In this document: positions 59,734-64,000 of the stretch, piece by piece
Position numbering within the stretch: the stretch's first letter is position 1
How the letters are laid out: every line of letters begins with the position of its first letter
Notes under the pieces: model-generated
What the model saw: only the letters and a program-made list of their open reading frames with translations
What the model was told of the DNA's origin: nothing
Database searches by the model: none
IMG/VR virus record: IMGVR_UViG_3300031088_000737
Span: 96,001 to 160,000 of that record
From: a virus
Direction: 5' to 3' (one strand)
Length of the DNA stretch: 64,000 bases
Made by a program: the position numbers and the translations under genes

Positions 59734-59762
59734 TTGACTTTTTTTGAAAATAGGTTTATAAT
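59734..59762 (+). promoter_or_regulatory. Sigma70 promoter TTGACT-N17-TATAAT
   Basis: Read directly; drives the short leader ORF at 59791. Confidence 0.8.
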
Positions 59763-59790
59763 TGAAAAATATTAAATAGGAATTTATTTT

Positions 59791-59832
59791 ATGAACATTC
59801 AATTAACTATAAGAGCCAGAGCGATATCTTAG
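59791..59832 (+). CDS. Candidate leader peptide MNIQLTIRARAIS
   Basis: SD AGGA; codons ATA AGA GCC AGA GCG ATA; followed by overlapping hairpins and a terminator. Confidence 0.5.
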   Translation: MNIQLTIRARAIS

Positions 59833-59891
59833 TGAGCTAATCTCATTGAGAGGGGTTAGCACACGCTAAACCCTCTGGCAAACGAATGTGG

Positions 59892-59925
59892 AGCCTTTGA
59901 GGGTAATAACTCAAAGGCTTTTTTT
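59892..59925 (+). terminator. Intrinsic terminator after the leader
   Basis: AGCCTTTGAG-GGTAATAA-CTCAAAGGCT followed by a T-run. Confidence 0.85.
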
Positions 59926-60016
59926 ATGCCTGTTTGAGAAGGGTAGACTATTACCCTAATGAATGTATATCATTGATTTTAAAGGAAAAATATTTTAAAA
60001 TAAATTAAAATAGTTG

Positions 60017-60045
60017 TTGACAAAGGTGAAAAGAGTTGGTAAGAT
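60017..60045 (+). promoter_or_regulatory. tRNA-operon promoter TTGACA-N17-TAAGAT
   Basis: Located about 57 nt upstream of the first tRNA. Confidence 0.7.
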
Positions 60046-60101
60046 GTTAAACATGAAGAGTTGAGAAGCAAAAAGAAAAACGCTTCATAAAGAATAAATA
60101 T

Positions 60102-60179
60102 GGGGGCACATGTTCCAAGGGATGGCGAGTTTGCCTTGCACGCAGACTGCGAAGAGTTCGATTCTCTTTGTCTCCACCA
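60102..60179 (+). tRNA. tRNA-Ala(TGC)
   Basis: G3:U70, loop CT-TGC-AC, TTCGA T-loop and encoded CCA. Confidence 0.85.
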
Positions 60180-60220
60180 AATTTGTTGACTTGATGTGTT
60201 ATAGAACAAACTTAAAATAT

Positions 60221-60295
60221 GGGCTGTTAGTTTAACTGGGAAAATACCTGCCTTGCACGCAGATGTTCAGAGTTCGATTCTCTGACGGTCCACCA
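60221..60295 (+). tRNA. tRNA-Ala(TGC)
   Basis: GGGCTGT/ACGGTCC acceptor with G3:U70; CCA. Confidence 0.88.
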
Positions 60296-60319
60296 GATTA
60301 GTTGTAGAAAGAGAATTAT

Positions 60320-60396
60320 GTCTGCGTAGCTCAGTTGGATAGAGCATCCGCCTTCTAAGCGGATGGTCGTTGGTTCGAATCCAACCGTAGACACCA
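60320..60396 (+). tRNA. tRNA-Arg(TCT)
   Basis: TCCGC-CTTCTAA-GCGGA anticodon arm; CCA. Confidence 0.92.
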
Positions 60397-60416
60397 AATT
60401 AGATGTAACCAGATAT

Positions 60417-60491
60417 GGGCTGATAGTTTAACTGGGAAAACACTTGCCTTGCACGCAGGAGTTCAGAGTTCGATTCTCTGTCGGTCCACCA
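60417..60491 (+). tRNA. tRNA-Ala(TGC)
   Basis: Near copy of 60221-60295; G3:U70; CCA. Confidence 0.88.
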
Positions 60492-60508
60492 GATTTAAGT
60501 AATACAAT

Positions 60509-60583
60509 GGGGCTTTTAGTTTAACTGGCAAAACCTTGGGATTTCTCCTAAAGAATATGGTTCGAGTCCATATAGCTCCACCA
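60509..60583 (+). ncRNA. tRNA-Ala-like RNA with aberrant 6-nt anticodon loop
   Basis: GGGGCT/AGCTCC-ACCA acceptor (G3:U70), normal D and T arms; the arm reads TTGGG-ATTTCT-CCTAA. Confidence 0.7.
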
Positions 60584-60598
60584 GTTTATAAGTTTCAT

Positions 60599-60675
60599 GG
60601 GCCATTAGTTCAGTTGGTAGAACGCCTGCTTTGCACGCAGGATGTCATGAGTTCAAATCTCATATGTGTCCACCA
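60599..60675 (+). tRNA. tRNA-Ala(TGC) with one bulged base in the acceptor stem
   Basis: CCTGC-TTTGCAC-GCAGG; the 3' acceptor strand ATGTGTCC is 8 nt long. Confidence 0.8.
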
Positions 60676-60692
60676 GTTTTAAAATTTTATAC

Positions 60693-60766
60693 GGGGTTTT
60701 AGTTTAACTATCGAAAAACAACAAGGAAACTTGTAAATGAAAGGTCGAAACTTTCAGACTCCACCA
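60693..60766 (+). ncRNA. tRNA-Ala-like RNA with GAAA tetraloop in place of the anticodon loop
   Basis: GGGGTTT/AGACTCC-ACCA (G3:U70) and ACAAG-GAAA-CTTGT. The D-loop lacks GG and the T-loop is GTCGAAA. Confidence 0.72.
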
Positions 60767-60781
60767 AATAATGTTTTTTAT

Positions 60782-60857
60782 ATTCTCATAGCTCAACTGG
60801 AAGAGCAATGACCTTCTAAGTCATCGGTTGTAGGTTCGAGTCCTACTGGGAATGCCA
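60782..60857 (+). tRNA. tRNA-Arg(TCT)
   Basis: ATGAC-CTTCTAA-GTCAT; ends GCCA. Confidence 0.9.
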
Positions 60858-60863
60858 AATTAG

Positions 60864-61040
60864 TTAGTTGATGTTTCAACTGATTTAAACGCTACATGTT
60901 GCCTGATTAGCAACTAGTATACTGGTCAAGTATGATTGAAGCAGCTTAATCACTGCAGTCTGACCTCTGATAAGTATATCCGGTAGGTATTTACCGTCAC
61001 TTCGAAGCGTGGAGATATTTATTATCGTTGAAGCGTTAGC
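60864..61040 (+). ncRNA. Unassigned multi-stem structured RNA candidate within the tRNA operon
   Basis: Several nested inverted repeats, closed by AACGCT/AGCGTT; no credible ORF. Confidence 0.45.
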
Positions 61041-61054
61041 GGAAATACTATTAT

Positions 61055-61129
61055 GGGCTGTTAGTTTAGCTGGGAAAATACCTGCCTTGCACGCAGGAGT
61101 GCTGGGTTCGAGTCCCTGACGGTCCACCA
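61055..61129 (+). tRNA. tRNA-Ala(TGC)
   Basis: G3:U70; CCTGC-CTTGCAC-GCAGG; one T-stem mismatch; CCA. Confidence 0.85.
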
Positions 61130-61141
61130 GTTTTGTTGTTT

Positions 61142-61218
61142 GTCCGTGTAGCTCAGTTGGATAGAGCGTCTGCCTCCTAAGCGGAAGGTCGTAGGTTCAA
61201 ATCCTATCACGGACGCCA
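61142..61218 (+). tRNA. tRNA-Arg(CCT)
   Basis: TCTGC-CTCCTAA-GCGGA; ends GCCA. Confidence 0.9.
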
Positions 61219-61248
61219 GTTTTGATATTTTATTTAGAGGATTAATCA

Positions 61249-61782
61249 ATGGTAATTGCTTATGTGGCACCTTTGTTAAAAGATGATTATATTAACGCAA
61301 CCGCTGATAATAAAACTATTAAAGAAAGTCATGATATTCGTGAAAAAATTGTAGCTCGCTCTCTTTATGTATTTGATAAAATTGCTGAGTTGTTGAATTT
61401 AAAATATAATTGGGTTGCTTTTGATACTATTGATTTAGAAAAATATCAAGGTGCCGATAACGGAGAATATGATTATCAGCGTTATTTTGAAACGTTTAAA
61501 TTTTATAGTGATATTGACGAATTAGAATATAAAAATAAAATTATTGATGTTTATTGTAATCAATTTCCATCAAGTTTTATTTATGAAGAATTTGAAGATG
61601 AAGTTCTTGGAACGGCTGAATCAATTAAGCTAGGTATTGATTTAAAAAAAGAAAGAGCAGATAGAAAACGAAAACATGATAAGGATAAAGAAAAAGAACG
61701 CAATAAGATTAGACCAGAAGTAATAGCTTCTATTAAATCTAAATTGAGTGAATTAGAATTATCTTTTGTTGATTTTAAATGA
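61249..61782 (+). CDS. Hypothetical protein embedded in the tRNA cluster
   Basis: SD GAGG; acidic body with a basic coiled tail. Confidence 0.7.
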   Translation: MVIAYVAPLLKDDYINATADNKTIKESHDIREKIVARSLYVFDKIAELLNLKYNWVAFDTIDLEKYQGADNGEYDYQRYFETFKFYSDIDELEYKNKIIDVYCNQFPSSFIYEEFEDEVLGTAESIKLGIDLKKERADRKRKHDKDKEKERNKIRPEVIASIKSKLSELELSFVDFK

Positions 61783-61863
61783 TTTAACAAAGAATAAGGG
61801 AGTTTTACTGTAAAGGTGAAACTGGATTGGAGCCGTGGTTTCCGGGGGGCATTCATTCACTAT

Positions 61864-61940
61864 GGGATTTTAGCTCAGTTGGTTAGAGCATCCGACTCAT
61901 AATCGGCAGGTCGTAAGTTCAAGTCTTACAAGTCCCACCA
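61864..61940 (+). tRNA. tRNA with CAT anticodon, probably Ile2 (lysidine)
   Basis: CCGA-CTCATAA-TCGG arm with C29:G41, resembling ileX-type tRNAs. Met is not excluded. Confidence 0.8.
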
Positions 61941-61956
61941 AATTAGATGTGTATAT

Positions 61957-62031
61957 GGTTCTGTAGCATAACGGTAAATGCACCCCGCTCATAACGGGAT
62001 GATTAAGGTTCGATTCCTTGCAGAACCACCA
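61957..62031 (+). tRNA. tRNA with CAT anticodon (elongator Met or Ile2)
   Basis: CCCG-CTCATAA-CGGG; G1:C72 is paired, so it is not initiator-like; CCA. Confidence 0.8.
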
Positions 62032-62034
62032 GAT

Positions 62035-62163
62035 AGTAGAAAGGTAGCTTAACGGGAGAGCAGCCGGGATGACCCGGTAACTTTAAATCTCATGTCAGAT
62101 AAATTCTCGTAATTTATAGGCCATGTGGATAGTGGTAATGGTTCGAATCCATTGCTTTCTACT
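62035..62163 (+). ncRNA. tRNA-like RNA with no anticodon loop and a 58-nt variable arm
   Basis: AGTAGAAAG/CTTTCTACT closing stem, D arm GCTT..GAGC, GCCGGG-ATGA-CCCGGT and T arm AATGG-TTCGAAT-CCATT. No encoded CCA. Confidence 0.62.
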
Positions 62164-62171
62164 TGCATTTT

Positions 62172-62247
62172 GGGGTTGTAGTTCAGTTGGTAGAACGCTT
62201 GTATGGCATACAAGAGGTCGTGGGTTCGAATCCCATCTTCTCCACCA
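62172..62247 (+). tRNA. tRNA-Ala(GGC) with two acceptor-stem mismatches
   Basis: CTTGT-ATGGCAT-ACAAG; G3:U70; U5/U68 and U6/U67 are unpaired; CCA. Confidence 0.78.
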
Positions 62248-62252
62248 AATAT

Positions 62253-62280
62253 AAAGAGAACTTTCGAGTTCTCTTTTTTA
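62253..62280 (+). terminator. Terminator ending the tRNA operon
   Basis: AAGAGAAC-TTTCGA-GTTCTCTT followed by a T-run. Confidence 0.8.
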
Positions 62281-62338
62281 TTGCTTGATTTTTGAATTTA
62301 TGTTATAATCAATCATTATTTTATTATGAGGAATTATT

Positions 62339-63169
62339 GTGATTAAAAGTTCATTAAAAGATATCAATAAATCATTAAAAACACATTACAAAAGCCCTTT
62401 TAAAGTATCTAATTATAAAGAAGAACTTGAAGGAGAAATAGTCGATTTTGTTGTTATTGAAGATATTAATAAGCGAACACTCGCTCGCTTTCAATACCTA
62501 AAAGAAGATGGTGCTATTATCTCTGGTTACAATGACTCTCCATTATATAAATCAGAACGCGAACAATATTTTCCAGCATATTATGATCAACAACACTTGG
62601 ATATCTATCAAAAAGTATTCGATTTGTTTTATGATAATCCTATTGTAAAAGAATATGTTCAAAAATATTCGCTTGGCACCGTTAATAAAAATATGTTTGA
62701 TATTAGCGATGATCATAGACGTGGCGTCTCATTAATCAAATGTTTCTATTTTTTAGGCAACAGCAGTCGTTCTGATAGTTCTATTGGGCTTCAATATTAT
62801 ATCAATGAACATGGTAAAATCACACCACGAATGAAAATTAAGTTTTCATTCATGACCTGTGGCAGTCTTACTATCTATTATGATTACTCATCTAATAGCT
62901 TTCATTTTGGCAAAGCCAGTTTTAATGAATCCAATAAACTTGTTAAACTTGATGATGAAAAGACGACTGAATTATTTAATATTAAGTCTGGTGAGGTATT
63001 CATTGATGATGAGCATTTAAATCTAATCTTCACTCGTTGGATGTTGGAAATGGGATATCGGTTAAACAAACAAGCTTTTGTCGCTTACAAGATGGATGAA
63101 TTCATTGAACTTGCTGACACAGCAAAAGTGATTGAACATCTAAGTTTGATAAAAATGGCACTTATTTAA
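62339..63169 (+). CDS. Hypothetical protein, family D, M-x-x-I tail
   Basis: GTG start with SD GAGGA; ends EHLSLIKMALI. Confidence 0.7.
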   Translation: MIKSSLKDINKSLKTHYKSPFKVSNYKEELEGEIVDFVVIEDINKRTLARFQYLKEDGAIISGYNDSPLYKSEREQYFPAYYDQQHLDIYQKVFDLFYDNPIVKEYVQKYSLGTVNKNMFDISDDHRRGVSLIKCFYFLGNSSRSDSSIGLQYYINEHGKITPRMKIKFSFMTCGSLTIYYDYSSNSFHFGKASFNESNKLVKLDDEKTTELFNIKSGEVFIDDEHLNLIFTRWMLEMGYRLNKQAFVAYKMDEFIELADTAKVIEHLSLIKMALI

Positions 63170-63195
63170 GATTATTACAATATAAGGATAACAAC

Positions 63196-64000
63196 ATGAT
63201 TCGCAATTCATTAAAAACTATTAAGAAAACAATTAGAAAAAAATATCCAAAACCTTTTGATGTATCAACGTTCATAAAAACTAAACCAGAAGTCGCTGGC
63301 ACCTATATTGTTATTAAAGATTTCAATAAAGAAGCTATTGCGGAGTTTAAATATAATCAAGAAGATGGTGCTATTCTGATAGGTTATGACAATTCTCCTA
63401 AATATCGAGAGTATTATGAAAAGAATTTTCCAGAATTACATATCAAAGAACACCTTAATTACTATCAGGAAGTGTTTGATAAACTTCATGAGAACTCCAT
63501 TTTTAAAGAACTTTTTGAAGTTGATTTGGAGCCTCTAAAAGTAACTGAAGATATGTTTTCACTCAATAAAGAATGCATTAAACGTTTGCATGTTAACAAA
63601 ACATTTAAAAACCTAGTACCGGCTGGACTACATATTTCTATTTGCTTTCAATATTACGTTAATGATAACTTTATGTTAAAACCTCGAATGAAATTTAATT
63701 TTGAGTTTGATGATTTTGGGAGCTTGATTCTTTATTATGACTATGATACGAAATGTCTTCATTTCGGTGAAATTCAATTTGTAGACAGTGAAACATTTAA
63801 AGATTTGAATACTAATAATGTTACTTTTATCAATAACTTACCTTTTTACATCACTAAAAGACACTTACAGATGTTAGGCTTAGATACAAAAAAAACAGAT
63901 ATTGAATTTTATGCTTTGAATAATGATGAAAGTTATTCTTTAATGAGTATTAACCAACAAGATCCAATTAAGACTTTTTCGAAGTTGAAAAGCATCTTTG
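63196..64000 (+). CDS. Family D paralog, 3'-truncated by the window (not in the ORF track)
   Basis: SD AAGGA; open to the window end. Shares EDGAI..GY..SP.Y and QYY.N......PRMK..F.F...GSL..YYDY with 62339-63169. Confidence 0.75.
   Translation, partial: MIRNSLKTIKKTIRKKYPKPFDVSTFIKTKPEVAGTYIVIKDFNKEAIAEFKYNQEDGAILIGYDNSPKYREYYEKNFPELHIKEHLNYYQEVFDKLHENSIFKELFEVDLEPLKVTEDMFSLNKECIKRLHVNKTFKNLVPAGLHISICFQYYVNDNFMLKPRMKFNFEFDDFGSLILYYDYDTKCLHFGEIQFVDSETFKDLNTNNVTFINNLPFYITKRHLQMLGLDTKKTDIEFYALNNDESYSLMSINQQDPIKTFSKLKSIF

Noticed and set aside
59881-59925. T-box riboswitch (GTGGAGCC resembles UGGNACC)
   Set aside because: There is no Stem I or specifier loop and no convincing antiterminator helix around the putative bulge.
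60509-60583. tmRNA
   Set aside because: The GGGGCT...AGCTCCACCA ends are simply the alanine acceptor. There is a full D stem and no tag ORF or pseudoknots between the ends.
59979-61270. Minus-strand ORFs 59979-60209, 60885-61127 and 61061-61270
   Set aside because: They are reverse complements of tRNA genes, which give characteristic spurious peptides.
61813-61860. GC-rich patch GTGAA...GGAGCC-GT-GGTTTCC...TTCAC before the Ile2/Met tRNA
   Set aside because: It may form a small hairpin, but it is too short and has no tRNA or known ncRNA motif to support a call.
60102-62247. Amber suppressor tRNA explaining the TAG gates
   Set aside because: No gene has a 7-nt loop with a CTA anticodon. The CTA in 60509-60583 lies in the stem, and placing it in a loop would disrupt the cloverleaf. 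A suppressor could exist outside the window.
1-64000. Genome-wide TAG reassignment (alternative genetic code)
   Set aside because: Nearly all genes are full length in code 11 and sufE ends at a TAG (37709). In-frame TAGs were found only at the N-termini of two genes.
1-64000. CRISPR array, IS element or integrase
   Set aside because: No regularly spaced direct repeats, terminal inverted repeats, or transposase or recombinase motifs were seen. The recurring inverted repeats are terminators.

Overview
This strongly AT-rich 64 kb window reads as the accessory and auxiliary-metabolic region of a jumbo bacteriophage. A phage-like megaplasmid cannot be excluded, because no virion or replication hallmark gene lies in the window. 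Genes are short and mixed in orientation, many with their own sigma70 promoter, strong Shine-Dalgarno (SD) and intrinsic terminator. Several gene families are expanded in tandem. Host-like genes include IleRS, ClpA, a CoaD-CoaE fusion, CobB/Sir2, MsrA-like, SufE, Ogt, YqeY, an MFS-acyltransferase, OmpA lipoproteins, an RlmN-like radical SAM enzyme and PTH2. There is also a CCA-encoding tRNA cluster at about 60.1-62.25 kb. The PepSY, YiaD and MFS-PlsC proteins look gammaproteobacterial, possibly Pseudomonas-like (recognition from memory, not a search). Main observations: (1) Two genes of one operon, PTH2 and an HD-domain protein, each carry an in-frame TAG 2-3 codons after a strong SD/ATG, inside the same 13-nt context TG-TAG-ATT-GAT-AA. 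This suggests a shared stop-codon gate. (2) The tRNA cluster holds six tRNA-Ala genes, two alanine-identity tRNA-like genes without a normal anticodon loop, a tRNA-like RNA with a 58-nt variable arm, and an unexplained structured RNA. (3) There is a textbook-looking Ile4 leader-peptide attenuator ahead of ileS. A second leader/terminator ahead of the tRNA cluster uses the codons those tRNAs read. (4) Sixteen proteins from several apparently unrelated families end in the same C-terminal Met-x-x-(I/F/V) tail. All family assignments come from motif recognition by eye; no database searches or folding programs were run.
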